This document shows, piece by piece, positions 1 to 10,552 of a stretch of 64,000 bases of DNA. Origin of the DNA: an uncultured Eubacteriales bacterium (GTDB lineage Bacteria > Bacillota > Clostridia > Oscillospirales > CAG-272); contig CAKRQL010000001.1 of assembly GCA_934393265.1 (NCBI GenBank), forward strand, positions 916-64,915, given 5' to 3'. The notes beneath the pieces are model-generated. The model saw only the letters and a list, made by a program, of their open reading frames with translations. It was not told the origin of the DNA and did not search any database. The translations under genes and the position numbers were made by a program. How positions within the stretch are numbered: the stretch's first letter is position 1; every line of letters starts with the position of its first letter.

Positions 1-270
1 TGTCTCTTCTTCCGCGGAACGGTCGAAATCTTCCGCGCATATTACTACCGCGGCGGCGAATCCCGCCCGTATCCGGTATGGCAGCTCGTCATAGCTATCG
101 CCATGCTCTCATTCGGTACCTACTGCTTCGCAAAGCAACTGCTCTCCGACACGACGATACTTTGGATATTTGTTGTCTTTATACTCGTTGTCGGTGCCCT
201 GCTCATAACCTACGGTGCGGTATGCTCGCCGAAAAAGTTAAAGAAAACCAAAAATTCCAAAGAAGCCTGA
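1..270 (+). CDS. 3' end of a membrane protein (partial, enters from the left edge)
   Basis: Frame 1 is open from nt 1 to TGA at 268-270. The translation (..WQLVIAIAMLSFGTYCF..ILWIFVVFILVVGALLITYGAV..KKLKKTKNSKEA) shows two hydrophobic helices and a basic tail. It is absent from the ORF track because it has no start codon. Confidence 0.45.
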   Translation, partial: CLFFRGTVEIFRAYYYRGGESRPYPVWQLVIAIAMLSFGTYCFAKQLLSDTTILWIFVVFILVVGALLITYGAVCSPKKLKKTKNSKEA

Positions 271-291
271 CCCACATGAAAGGAGCGACAA

Positions 292-1353
292 ATGCAGGAT
301 ACCGAATACCGTGAGGCGGGCGAAGGCTCTGACTCCGGCGACGCACTCTATGGAGCTGTGCGCTCCATGCGCAGAAGCTATGCCAGGTATTTTCTCGCGC
401 TGATTGCATATACTGCCGTAGCTTATTTTGTCATTATCGCATTTGAGCTTGCAGCGATACTTATTTTCAATGCTCCGGAAATACTCAGTAACATATATGT
501 CAACTGGTTACTCAACACAGTGCCGACATATATATTCGGATTTGGAGTGTTCTACCTCATAATCCGGAAGATGAAAACCTACGGTAAAGAAAAAAGCAGG
601 ATAACCGTACCGGAATTTCTCATTCTCTTCTGCATCGCTAATCTACTCATGACCGTCGGTGCACTCATCGGGAACCTGCTCAATGCACAGATAAGCGCGC
701 TTATCGGCAAGGAGATAAAAAACGATGTCTCCGACATGATAGAGAGTACGCCGATATGGCTGATAATACTCGTCGTTGTCATCATCGGACCGCTCATCGA
801 GGAGCTTCTCTACCGTAAATTCTTCATAGATAAACTCGGGTTTTATAACGAGGGGGCGGCTATCATAACCTCCGCTCTTGCGTTCGGGCTCTTCCACGGG
901 AACTTTTATCAATTCTTCTACGCATTTCTCCTCGGAATTGTCTTAGCGGCAATATACTCAAAGACGCGAAACCTCGCATACTCTTATATCATGCACGCCC
1001 TGATAAATTTCTTCGGCTCTGTCGTCTCTATTTTTGTAATGCGAGCCTACGAGAAATACGATGAGTGCATAAAGCTCATTGAGGCGGGCAAAAAATGCGA
1101 CCCCGCCGTCCTTGCCGGAAGTGTACTGACTATTGTCTTCTACCTTATGGTTAATTACGGAACGGCGATATTCGGTTTTGTAATGCTTATCAGATGGCGA
1201 AGCAGAATATTCAGAAAACCCGACTCCGACCTCCTTGAGCTCTCTGCTCCTGATTGCAGAGCCGCCATTATGAAAAATATCGGCGTCATCGCATTTACGG
1301 TGCTCGCCGTCATACAGTTTGCTGTTGGAATTATCCAGAGTGCGCTCGCCTGA
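292..1353 (+). CDS. CPBP (CAAX/Abi) family intramembrane metalloprotease
   Basis: Polytopic membrane protein with the family motifs GPLIEELLYRKF, FGLFHGN and MHALINF. An AGGAG RBS lies upstream of the ATG. Confidence 0.8.
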   Translation: MQDTEYREAGEGSDSGDALYGAVRSMRRSYARYFLALIAYTAVAYFVIIAFELAAILIFNAPEILSNIYVNWLLNTVPTYIFGFGVFYLIIRKMKTYGKEKSRITVPEFLILFCIANLLMTVGALIGNLLNAQISALIGKEIKNDVSDMIESTPIWLIILVVVIIGPLIEELLYRKFFIDKLGFYNEGAAIITSALAFGLFHGNFYQFFYAFLLGIVLAAIYSKTRNLAYSYIMHALINFFGSVVSIFVMRAYEKYDECIKLIEAGKKCDPAVLAGSVLTIVFYLMVNYGTAIFGFVMLIRWRSRIFRKPDSDLLELSAPDCRAAIMKNIGVIAFTVLAVIQFAVGIIQSALA

Positions 1354-1543
1354 AAAGATATTCTGACATTAACGTCCCGGGATGTGATATGCACCTCCAA
1401 AAGCGTCTGACTTTTGGATGCGCTTCATTTCTCCGGGGCGTTTTCTGCTAAAAAACAACCGTTGAACACCGCTTTTTGTCTGTAATAATCGTGTCATGCC
1501 ATGCATATCATAGACTGAAAATGCTTTTTCGGAGGAAACAGAT

Positions 1544-3004
1544 ATGGCTGACAATTCTATTTATCGCGATATTGCGAAACGCACCGGGGGCGACATCTAC
1601 ATAGGAGTTGTCGGACCGGTCAGGACGGGAAAATCAACATTTATACACAGATTTCTTGAATGTGCGGTTCTGCCGAATATCGAAAACGAATACGACAGGG
1701 CGCGGACAACCGACGAGCTCCCACAGAGCGCCACCGGGAAAACCATTATGACAACGGAGCCAAAATTTGTCCCCGACGAATCCGTGCGTATAAAGCTCGG
1801 AGACGGGACGGAGTTCAATGTCAAAATGATCGACTGCGTCGGATATATGGTAGACGGCGCGCTCGGCGCCATGGAGGGCGAGGATGTACGGATGGTCAAG
1901 ACCCCATGGTCCGAGGAGGCAATGCCGTTTTCCGAGGCGGCGGAGATAGGCACCGGAAAGGTCATCGGCGACCACTCCACGATAGGAATACTTGTTACTA
2001 CCGACGGGAGCTTTACCGACATTCCGCGCGAGAGCTATATCCCCGCCGAGGAGCGCGTCGCAAAAGAGCTGTCGGAAATCGACAAGCCATACGCAATAAT
2101 ACTTAATTCAGCAACCCCCGGAAATGAGGAGACAAAACGGCTCGCCGCCTCGCTCGAAGAAAAATACGGAGTTCCGGTAGCGCTCGTCGACTGCACGAAG
2201 CTAGACCGCGAGGATGTGCGCGAGATACTCGCGCTCGTGCTCTCGGAATTTCCTGTCAGAGAAGAAATATTCCGGCTCCCGGAGTGGATAACCGTACTGC
2301 CGGAGGAGCATCGGCTCTATCGCGAGGCCATCGCGCGGATAAGTGATTTTTCGGATAAAACCGAGCGCTTCTGCGATATAGAAAAAGCCCTCGCCGAGAC
2401 CGAGGGTATTGAAAAAGTAAGCGTCGACGCCGGGGACGGAACGGCAATATTCACACTGCCGGTGCCGCGGAGCGAATTTTACGGCGTCGTAAGCGAGATG
2501 ACCGGGCTCACCGTCGGTGACGACGCGGAGCTCTTACAGTGCATCGTGAAGCTCTCCGGCGAGGCACGTGAGTACGAAAAGGTCTCCGACGCACTTCGCG
2601 ATGTGAGGGAGCGCGGATACGGAATAGTCATGCCGGAGCCCGACGAGGTCGAGCTCGAGGAACCGGAGCTCGTAAAGCAGCCGGGCGGCTGGGGTGTCAA
2701 GGTCACGGCAAGAGCCGACTCCATACACATGATAAAAGCCGGGATAGTCGCCGACTTCAGCCCCGTTGTCGGGACGCAGGAGCAGTCCGAGGAGGTCGCA
2801 AAATATCTTATCGGTGAGTTTGAGGCAGACCCGAAAAAGGTATGGCAATCAAACATGTTCGGTCGCTCGCTCTATGATTTAATAAATGACGGCATGCACG
2901 CAAAACTTGCGCACATGCCGGATGAATCGAGAGAAAAAATGGGGCAGACGCTCGAGAAGATTATCAACGAAGGGTCTAACGGGCTTATCTGTATTCTTCT
3001 CTGA
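1544..3004 (+). CDS. spoIVA: Stage IV sporulation protein A (spore coat morphogenetic ATPase)
   Basis: 486 aa. The N-terminus IYIGVVGPVRTGKSTFIHRF (Walker A) and the overall length and colinearity match SpoIVA. A GGAGGA RBS is at 1531-1536. Confidence 0.9.
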   Translation: MADNSIYRDIAKRTGGDIYIGVVGPVRTGKSTFIHRFLECAVLPNIENEYDRARTTDELPQSATGKTIMTTEPKFVPDESVRIKLGDGTEFNVKMIDCVGYMVDGALGAMEGEDVRMVKTPWSEEAMPFSEAAEIGTGKVIGDHSTIGILVTTDGSFTDIPRESYIPAEERVAKELSEIDKPYAIILNSATPGNEETKRLAASLEEKYGVPVALVDCTKLDREDVREILALVLSEFPVREEIFRLPEWITVLPEEHRLYREAIARISDFSDKTERFCDIEKALAETEGIEKVSVDAGDGTAIFTLPVPRSEFYGVVSEMTGLTVGDDAELLQCIVKLSGEAREYEKVSDALRDVRERGYGIVMPEPDEVELEEPELVKQPGGWGVKVTARADSIHMIKAGIVADFSPVVGTQEQSEEVAKYLIGEFEADPKKVWQSNMFGRSLYDLINDGMHAKLAHMPDESREKMGQTLEKIINEGSNGLICILL

Positions 3005-3019
3005 ACGTATTACAGGTGC

Positions 3020-3853
3020 TTATTCCCGGCGTCTTCCTCTGCCGGATGAGAGATACATGTCGGTGCGTACGCCGTTTGCCTCAAGGTAAGCCACGGCGTC
3101 CTCCGACCCGCTCCGCCCCGCCATGAGCATAAGATACGCGCCGCGCTTTATATCCGCATCTATGCCGAGGCCGTCAATGTGGCACTTTGCATACAGGTAC
3201 TTTCCCTTTGCCACAAGGTCATCGACATACTCCGGCGCATGATATGCGGCGATGCGGAACCAGTCAAACGCCTCGCGCCCGTCGGCATGAATTACCGAAA
3301 AGCGTGCTGCCTCATCCTGCTCTGCCACATCGGGATCGATGTATCCGTCTATCAGATTTTCGTCTCTTCTGTATTCGGGCTTGTGATAAGGAATACGCGA
3401 TATAAAGGCTATATCCGGTTCTATCATACAACCGGTGGTAAATGCCATACCGAGATAAAGCTGTGCCTCTATACACCCCGCGTCAGCCGCCGCGCGGATG
3501 TGCTCATATGCCCGGTGATAGTCCTTTGCTACCCCCTCGCCACGCATATAGAGCATGCCGAGATTATATTCCGCGTCGCCGCCATCGACATCACGGGCAA
3601 AGGAGAAAAAGCTCTTCGCCTCGTGCATATCGCACGCAACGCCTATCCCGCGGTAAAGACAATATCCGTAATTGAACGCCGCATCGGCTATCCCGTCGCG
3701 CGCGCCGTCAAGATACATCTGTGCCGCGGCGGCATAATCGCCGCGCAGATATGCGGCATTTGCTTTCGCAGTGCTGTACATTTCAAAAGACCTCTGTTTA
3801 TTAATTATCCGGGTATATATCGTGGCAGAGCTGTTTGTTTTCAGCTCTGCCAT
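3020..3853 (-). CDS. Sel1/TPR-like repeat protein
   Basis: Repeated Sel1-type units (AAFNYGYCLYRGIGVACDMHEAKSFF; AEYNLGMLYMRGEGVAKDYHRAYEHIRAAADAG; AQLYLGMAF). Confidence 0.7.
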   Translation of the reverse strand: MAELKTNSSATIYTRIINKQRSFEMYSTAKANAAYLRGDYAAAAQMYLDGARDGIADAAFNYGYCLYRGIGVACDMHEAKSFFSFARDVDGGDAEYNLGMLYMRGEGVAKDYHRAYEHIRAAADAGCIEAQLYLGMAFTTGCMIEPDIAFISRIPYHKPEYRRDENLIDGYIDPDVAEQDEAARFSVIHADGREAFDWFRIAAYHAPEYVDDLVAKGKYLYAKCHIDGLGIDADIKRGAYLMLMAGRSGSEDAVAYLEANGVRTDMYLSSGRGRRRE

Positions 3854-3864
3854 TTACCTTGATT

Positions 3865-5295
3865 TTATTTTGCCACGGTATAAGCCGTGCCTTCCTTGGT
3901 ATCGATGAGCGTCACGCCGCGCTCCGCAAGCTCTGCCCTTATTCTGTCAGCCTCCGCATAATTGCGCTCTGCCTTTGCGTTGCGGCGCGCCTCTATCATG
4001 GACTTAACATATTCGTCAAGTTCGGGATCTGCCCCGCTCTCCTCCGGCTTTTCATTTTTCCGGACAGTCTCGGCGTGCCCTATAAGATCGAGACCGAGAA
4101 CGCGGTCAAAGTCTCCTATCAGGGCAAGCTTTGTCGCGTCATTGGTTTTCAGCTTGAATACATCATAAACCGCAGTTATAGCAAGCGAGGTATTCAGGTC
4201 ATTGTCAAGTGCCTCTGTAAACCGGCTACGCCCGTCCGAAAATGCAGCGGAGTCCACCTCGCCGTCCGCCGGATTAAGCTGTGCTATTCGGGCAATGAGC
4301 TTCGAGTATGCATTCTTTGCGTTATCGAGATTATCCCACGAGAAGAGCAGGTTCTTGCGGTAATGTGACTGCAGGCAGAAGAAACGATAAACAAGCGGGT
4401 CATATCCCTTTGATTCGAGCACCGAAACGGTGAGTATGTCGCCCTTTGACTTGCTCATTTTTCCGCCCTCTGTATTGAGGTGATGAACATGGAACCAGTA
4501 ATGGCACCACTCATGCCCGAATGCAGACTCGCTCTGTGCTATCTCGTTTGTATGATGAGGAAACACATTATCTATACCGCCGCAGTGAATATCAAGATAC
4601 TCACCACAGTACTTCTCGGCGATGCAGGAGCACTCAATATGCCAGCCGGGATAGCCGACGCCGAACGGAGAATCCCATTTCAGCTCCTGCGAATCAAATT
4701 TTGACTTCGTAAACCAGAGGACGAAATCCGCCTTGTTGCGTTTATTGCTGTCCTCCTCTACCGTATCGCGGACTCCGACGGCAAGATCCTCCTCGGTGAA
4801 TCCGCCGAAAACGTAATATTTTTCGAGCTTTGAGGTGTCAAAATATATATTTCCGCCGGCATGGTATGCATAACCCTTTTCAAGAAGGGTCTCTATCATT
4901 TTTATAAACTCCGCAATACACCCGGTAGCAGGCTGGACATAGTCCGGTCTTTTTATATTGAGCTTCCTGCAATCCTCAAAAAACGCATTCGTGTAGAACT
5001 CGGCTATCTGCATTACGGACTTATGCTCGCGCTTTGCACCTTTGAGCATTTTGTCCTCTCCGGTGTCCGCGTCGCTCGTCAGGTGACCGACATCGGTGAT
5101 ATTCATAACGCGCTTTACATCATATCCCGAGTAGCGCAGGTATTTTTCAAGTACATCCTCCATTATGTAGGAGCGGAGGTTGCCGACATGCGCATAGTGA
5201 TACACCGTAGGTCCGCAGGTATACATTGATACCTTTCCCGGCTCACGAGGTGTAAACAGCTCGCGCGTTCTTGTCAGCGAATTATAAAGATACAT
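3865..5295 (-). CDS. cysS: Cysteine--tRNA ligase
   Basis: 476 aa with the class I aaRS motifs CGPTVYHYAHVGNLRSY (HIGH region) and KMSKSKG. Confidence 0.95.
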   Translation of the reverse strand: MYLYNSLTRTRELFTPREPGKVSMYTCGPTVYHYAHVGNLRSYIMEDVLEKYLRYSGYDVKRVMNITDVGHLTSDADTGEDKMLKGAKREHKSVMQIAEFYTNAFFEDCRKLNIKRPDYVQPATGCIAEFIKMIETLLEKGYAYHAGGNIYFDTSKLEKYYVFGGFTEEDLAVGVRDTVEEDSNKRNKADFVLWFTKSKFDSQELKWDSPFGVGYPGWHIECSCIAEKYCGEYLDIHCGGIDNVFPHHTNEIAQSESAFGHEWCHYWFHVHHLNTEGGKMSKSKGDILTVSVLESKGYDPLVYRFFCLQSHYRKNLLFSWDNLDNAKNAYSKLIARIAQLNPADGEVDSAAFSDGRSRFTEALDNDLNTSLAITAVYDVFKLKTNDATKLALIGDFDRVLGLDLIGHAETVRKNEKPEESGADPELDEYVKSMIEARRNAKAERNYAEADRIRAELAERGVTLIDTKEGTAYTVAK

Positions 5296-5502
5296 ATGGG
5301 TGCCTCACATAAATATATTTTACCAAGTACCGATTGTAGCAGAAATATGCCGTTTTGTCAAGGTCGGAGGTAAATATTTATTGTTCCCGCGCCCGACACG
5401 TGAAAAACGACGCGCGTGCGTGACTTTTTTTCGGTTTGGTCTTGTTTTTTTTTCGCGGTTTTGCTATCATATTATGTGTGATATTATTACTGCAATCAAG
5501 GA

Positions 5503-8500
5503 GTGTCAGAAATGGCTGATAATAAAAGCAAGAAACAGACAGCGGGCGGATATGCAGGGCTTACCGGCTTTCGCCGCGCGATTCCTATAATTCTTTTCGC
5601 ATTCTCGGTATTCATCGCGCTTTGCTTCATAACGCAGAACACGGGGACCCTCGGACAAGCCATTGCCGGTTTTCTCACCGGGCTGTTCTCATGGGCAGCT
5701 TACGGTATACCGCTGCTCCTCGCAATTCATGCAATTTTCTACCCCTCCGACTCCGGAACGCACCGCGTCATAACCCGGGTAATATTCACAGTGATAACAC
5801 TCGTGCTCATCGCCGCGCTCGCGCATACGTTCACCGTCATCGGCACGGAGCCGGTGTTCACCCCCCGCGACTTCTACGAAGCCGGAAAAAGCTGCGTCGG
5901 CGGCGGGTTTATCGGCGGTGTTGTGGCGTATGGAATACTGCGCGTTATAGGCACAGTCGGAATGATAATACTCGCGGTAGCCATGGCAGCTCTCTATGTC
6001 GCATACTGCTTCTCCGGAAAAAACAGTTCACTTAAGCGTGCGGGGCTCTCCCTGCTCTCACTCATAGTCGGATTTTTCGCTCTCATTGAAAAAGGCATAA
6101 AAAAGCTTGTCCGTCGCTCTAAGGAGAAAAATGCCGAAAAGACGAAGCGCGTCGAGAACGCAAAGAACGAAAACCTCTACGAGGATGAGTTTTTCGCGGT
6201 CGACAACGGTATGCAGGAGCTAGAGATCCCGTCTCTCAACATAAAGGAGTCGCGCGACGACGAGAGCATAGAGGCTCACCCGACGCTCCATGACACGGTA
6301 TATCCGAAGAGCGAGGTCGGCGGCGAGAACCGACCGCCACGCCGTGTCGAGACCGATTACGGAATAGGAACCGACGGCACTTCCGATGACGAAAGCGCCC
6401 ATGACGGACCGGCAGACATAATAATAGAGTCCGAAGCCGAGGCAGCCCCCGCCACGGACGGAGACGAGCGCGACGAGGCGGCAAGCGAGGTCTTCGGAAA
6501 GGACTTTGACCCCTATGACATCGACCTCTCCGCCCCGCCGAAGCAAACGACGACGCGACGCGCCGACCCCGGAGTCTCAGAATACGAGAAACCGCTCGAC
6601 GAGGTTACGGAGGAGTCACTCGCGCGTGCGCGCCGTCTCGAGGAATTCGAGAGACGCAAGGCACAGCTCCTCGGCAAACAGCCGACAACCGGCACAGCGT
6701 CCGGAGAAGCCGCAACCGGAGCCCACACCGCCGGAGCGCAGACGCATACGTCGGCACAGAGCGCGGCGACAGAGCCTCAAAAGAGCAATGACACCACCGC
6801 GACAGCAACCGAAAAGAAGAACGAAAGCCCCGCCGGGGGCGGTGGAGAGCTGTCACGCGAGGAGCAGATAGCGAAAGCACGCAATTTCCGCCCGGACGGT
6901 GCGCCCCAGCGTGCCTTCCCCGGTCGCTCACAGCCGAATTACACGCCGGATATGCAGGGGAGCGGCAGCTTCTCCGCTTCTCCGCTCGACGCTGAGACCG
7001 GGTGTACAAATGACGACATAAAGAACATACTCGCAGGCAAATCCGACGACGCGGAGGCACCGGAGGACGGCGAAACAATGGAGTTCGGCAAGGCGGAGCC
7101 GGTGGCAAGCGAGCCGCCAGTCAGAGCCGAGGATTTCAACGTTGATGAATTTTTAGGCAGATACGGTACGCAGACCGACGCATCGCAAAGCGCCGCGGCA
7201 GCAAGGAGGGATGTGCCCCCCGCCACAGGTACGGACGGTACCACGATGAGCTTTGGCTACGAGCCTGCAAGAAACACCTATGCCCCTCCGACAACCGAGG
7301 GCGCGACAACCGGGTATGAGCGCCGCACCTCAGACTATCGCCCGGATAACGACACGGCAGGCACACATGCCGAAGAAACGCAGGCACAGCCGACGGGCGG
7401 AGCCGCGACCGTAAGCTCCGCAAGAGACGGAATGTCATATATCCGCACCGCAAGGTTTGTATCATCCATGACGGCAGAGCCGGAAAAACCGGAGCCCGAG
7501 AAAACCGTTATAAAGGATTTTAAGCCCGCATCCGAAATCCTCACCGAGCTGCCGGAGAGGAAGCAGGAGGCAGCCGATACGGAGGACAAGCAGGAAGATG
7601 CCCCTGCCCTGCGCATTGAGCGCTCAAAGGTCGGAGACAGCTTATCTGCCCCGGCTGTCAGTGCGCCGGAGGAGGAAGATGTGCCCGAAATGACGGAAGA
7701 GGACGAGCCGGAAGAGGACGAAGAGGACGCAACCGGGCTCGACAGCTATACCGAGGATGTCCCGGAGGCGGAGGAGATCCCCCCGGAAAAGCAGAATCCG
7801 GACATACTGGATTACAGAAAGCGCTTTACGATATTCTCCGACAGCGCGCCGGAGAATAAGCAGAGCGATAACGGAGCGAGCGGCGGGCTCGACTTTGAGC
7901 CCGGCGACGATTTTGAAATAAGCACCGACGGCGATAAAGACGAGACTGACGACGACGAAAATGCCGACAGCAACGGCACAGATGACAGCGACGCGGAATA
8001 TATCGACGAGCCGGAGGACGAAATCGAAGAGAATGACAGTGACGAGACGGACGACGAAACGGATGAATATGACGATGAGCCGGATGAAGAGGACGCGGAG
8101 GACGATCTACCCCCGTTTGACAATGCAAAGGATGTAAGCACCCCCGCAAAGGAGGTCAGCGCCGCGCCCGACTACTCGAACTATGCCCCGCCCCCGCTCA
8201 CACTGCTTAAAGCTCCGCCGGAGGTCGACGACTCCGACGCCACGGAGGAGATACAGCGCAATTCCGAAAAGCTCATAGACACGCTCGCCTCCTTTAACGT
8301 CAATGCATCAATCAAGGGCGTCGACCGCGGGCCGCGTATCACAAGATACGAGGTTGTCCCCGCAAGAGGCGTCAAGGTCAGCCAGGTAACGAGCCTGTTT
8401 GACGATATAACGATGAACCTTGCCTCCGAGGGAATACGCATGGAGGCACCCATACCCGGGCAGTCCGCCATAGGCTTTGAGATACCGAATGCTCACCCTG

Positions 8501-9678
8501 CGACGGTTTTCCTCCGCTCACTTATCGAGAGCGACGAGTTCTCCACCGCGAAGTCGAACACCTTCTCCTGTATAGGAAAGGATGTAACCGGAAACCCTGT
8601 GTTCTTCGATATTGCAAAGGCGCCGCACCTGCTGATAGCCGGTGCAACCGGTATGGGTAAGTCGGTATGTATAAACTCTATTCTTGTCAGCATGCTGTGT
8701 AAGGCAAGACCGGACGAGCTGAAGCTGATACTTGTCGACCCGAAGAAGGTCGAGTTCCAGGTCTATGAAAAGATACCTCACCTGCTCGTCCCCGTCGTGA
8801 CGGATGTCAAACAGGCGGCAGGCGCGCTCTCATGGGCTTGCGAACAGATGGAAAAGCGGTACGAGCTCATGATGAGCATTGCCGTAAGAAATATCGACGC
8901 CTACAACGAGCGCGTCGCAGACGACCCGTCGCTCGGCGAGCCGATGACAAAGATAGTGATAGTAATCGACGAGCTTAACGACCTCATGATGGCGGCGCGC
9001 GACCCGGTCGAGGGACTGATAACCCGCCTTGCCCAGAAAGCGAGAGCCGCGGGAATACACCTGATAATCGGTACACAGCGCCCGTCGGTAAACGTCATAA
9101 CCGGCGTTATAAAGGCGAACATTCCGTCAAGACTTTCATGCAAGGTCTCCTCGAACGTCGACTCGCGCACCATTATAGAGCAGGCAGGAGCCGAAAAGCT
9201 CCTCGACAAGGGCGACGCGCTCTTCTGGCCCGTCGGAAAGCCTAAGCCGCTCCGCGTACAGTGCGCGTTCGTCTCCGATAAGGAGGTCGAGGCGGTCATG
9301 AAGTACCTCTGCTCGCAGTCCACCGGCAACACGTACAGCGAGGAGATACTCGCTGAAATCAACTCTGCGGCGCAGAAATGCATGGCACCGAAGAAGGGCA
9401 AGGAGTCCTACGACGAGGACGGCGAGGACGGCGCAGGCTCCGACGGATATTACAACGACCAGAAGTTTATCGAGGCGGTCGAAATCGCGGTACGCTCAAA
9501 GAAAATCTCGACAAGCCTTCTTCAGCGCAGACTCAGCATAGGCTACAGCAAGGCGGCAAAATATATCGATGTCATGGAGGACCTCGGCATAGTCTCCGAG
9601 CCCAACGGACAGAAGCCGCGCGACGTACTCATTGATATGGACGAATGGAAGGAGAGGCTCTCCCGCTACGAGTCCTGA
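5503..9678 (+). CDS. ftsK: DNA translocase FtsK/SpoIIIE with an unusually long disordered linker
   Basis: N-terminal TM helices, a C-terminal motor with Walker A GATGMGKSVCINS, and a gamma winged-helix domain (KISTSLLQRRLSIGYSKAAKYIDVMEDLGIV). RBS is AAGGAG. Total length 1391 aa. Confidence 0.9.
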   Translation: MSEMADNKSKKQTAGGYAGLTGFRRAIPIILFAFSVFIALCFITQNTGTLGQAIAGFLTGLFSWAAYGIPLLLAIHAIFYPSDSGTHRVITRVIFTVITLVLIAALAHTFTVIGTEPVFTPRDFYEAGKSCVGGGFIGGVVAYGILRVIGTVGMIILAVAMAALYVAYCFSGKNSSLKRAGLSLLSLIVGFFALIEKGIKKLVRRSKEKNAEKTKRVENAKNENLYEDEFFAVDNGMQELEIPSLNIKESRDDESIEAHPTLHDTVYPKSEVGGENRPPRRVETDYGIGTDGTSDDESAHDGPADIIIESEAEAAPATDGDERDEAASEVFGKDFDPYDIDLSAPPKQTTTRRADPGVSEYEKPLDEVTEESLARARRLEEFERRKAQLLGKQPTTGTASGEAATGAHTAGAQTHTSAQSAATEPQKSNDTTATATEKKNESPAGGGGELSREEQIAKARNFRPDGAPQRAFPGRSQPNYTPDMQGSGSFSASPLDAETGCTNDDIKNILAGKSDDAEAPEDGETMEFGKAEPVASEPPVRAEDFNVDEFLGRYGTQTDASQSAAAARRDVPPATGTDGTTMSFGYEPARNTYAPPTTEGATTGYERRTSDYRPDNDTAGTHAEETQAQPTGGAATVSSARDGMSYIRTARFVSSMTAEPEKPEPEKTVIKDFKPASEILTELPERKQEAADTEDKQEDAPALRIERSKVGDSLSAPAVSAPEEEDVPEMTEEDEPEEDEEDATGLDSYTEDVPEAEEIPPEKQNPDILDYRKRFTIFSDSAPENKQSDNGASGGLDFEPGDDFEISTDGDKDETDDDENADSNGTDDSDAEYIDEPEDEIEENDSDETDDETDEYDDEPDEEDAEDDLPPFDNAKDVSTPAKEVSAAPDYSNYAPPPLTLLKAPPEVDDSDATEEIQRNSEKLIDTLASFNVNASIKGVDRGPRITRYEVVPARGVKVSQVTSLFDDITMNLASEGIRMEAPIPGQSAIGFEIPNAHPATVFLRSLIESDEFSTAKSNTFSCIGKDVTGNPVFFDIAKAPHLLIAGATGMGKSVCINSILVSMLCKARPDELKLILVDPKKVEFQVYEKIPHLLVPVVTDVKQAAGALSWACEQMEKRYELMMSIAVRNIDAYNERVADDPSLGEPMTKIVIVIDELNDLMMAARDPVEGLITRLAQKARAAGIHLIIGTQRPSVNVITGVIKANIPSRLSCKVSSNVDSRTIIEQAGAEKLLDKGDALFWPVGKPKPLRVQCAFVSDKEVEAVMKYLCSQSTGNTYSEEILAEINSAAQKCMAPKKGKESYDEDGEDGAGSDGYYNDQKFIEAVEIAVRSKKISTSLLQRRLSIGYSKAAKYIDVMEDLGIVSEPNGQKPRDVLIDMDEWKERLSRYES

Positions 9679-9703
9679 CACGACGACACGAAAGGAATGC
9701 AGA

Positions 9704-9841
9704 ATGATCAACCTAAGGCAGACCGGCGGCTATGACGCGGACGAGCTTATAGCCGCTGTCGAGGTGCCCACCTCCGCCGGAATACGCCTCAGCGAGATAA
9801 CCCCGGCGGAAGCCGAATGGCTCACGGAGTACACAAAATGA
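9704..9841 (+). CDS. Hypothetical small protein (45 aa)
   Basis: ATG preceded by AAAGGAA. Its stop overlaps a downstream in-frame ATG (ATGA). No recognisable domain. Confidence 0.25.
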   Translation: MINLRQTGGYDADELIAAVEVPTSAGIRLSEITPAEAEWLTEYTK

Positions 9842-9999
9842 ACGAAAACGAATATACTGCGGCGGGCAAAGACGCCGCGGACTCTCCGGCGATACCGGGA
9901 CATAACTGTGACGGATGCGTCAATTACGCGCTCTGCCACCCGGAGAGCCATAAAAAAAACGGCGGGTCGTCAGTCGACGGTCCGCAGGAGGAAAATAAC

Positions 10000-10539
10000 A
10001 TGACAGTTGTAATGCTTGCAGACGGATTTGAAGAGATCGAGGCATTGACCCCAGTCGATGTGCTCCGCCGTGCGGGGCTCACCGTCCGTACCGCCGGAGT
10101 CGGCGGACGGGTCATAACCGGATCTCACGGTATATCGGTAGCCTGCGACATGACGGAGGACGAGGTACGCGCGGAGGATGTCGATCTCCTGCTCCTGCCC
10201 GGGGGGATGCCGGGCGCAAAAAATCTCGACGCATCACCCGCCGTCGACAGGCTCATACGGGAGGTAAATGCCCGCGGCGGTCGCCTCGCGGCGATATGTG
10301 CCGCACCGTTTATACTCGGGCGGCGGGGGCTCCTCTCCGGAAAAAATGCTACCTGTTACCCCGGGTTTGAGGGGGAGCTCACGGGTGCACACCTCTCCGC
10401 CCTGCCCGTCGTGACCGACGGAAATATAACAACGGCAAAGGGCATGGGCGTCGCGCTCGATTTTGCACTTGAGCTTGTCCGTGTACTCCTCCCTGGCGAT
10501 GCCTCAAAGAAAATCGCCGACTCTGTACAGAAGCAATAA
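10000..10539 (+). CDS. DJ-1/PfpI family protein
   Basis: MTVVMLADGFEEIEALTPVDVLRRAG is the typical N-terminus and AAICAAPFILG is the nucleophile-elbow Cys. A GGAGGA RBS 9 nt upstream supports a start at 10000 rather than 9817. Confidence 0.85.
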   Translation: MTVVMLADGFEEIEALTPVDVLRRAGLTVRTAGVGGRVITGSHGISVACDMTEDEVRAEDVDLLLLPGGMPGAKNLDASPAVDRLIREVNARGGRLAAICAAPFILGRRGLLSGKNATCYPGFEGELTGAHLSALPVVTDGNITTAKGMGVALDFALELVRVLLPGDASKKIADSVQKQ

Positions 10540-10552
10540 GGACAACACAAAA

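Noticed and set aside
1481-1511. Sigma-E-type promoter for spoIVA (CATATCAT as the -10, TGTAATA as the -35)
   Set aside because: The match to the consensus as I recall it (ATATT, 16-18 nt, CATACAnT) is weak and the spacing is ambiguous. It is not reported as a feature.
5296-5502. T-box leader upstream of cysS (and likewise for cysK at 23790-23934)
   Set aside because: No T-box sequence (complement of AATTAGGGTGGTACCGCG-like) or specifier/antiterminator arrangement is present, and the leaders are too short.
9817-9999. N-terminal 61-aa extension of the DJ-1 ORF (including a Cys/His-rich HNCDGCVNYALCHPESH stretch)
   Set aside because: A strong GGAGGA RBS precedes the internal ATG at 10000, which gives the canonical DJ-1 N-terminus. 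The extension could still be a separate small ORF (ATG at 9838), but I have no support for it.
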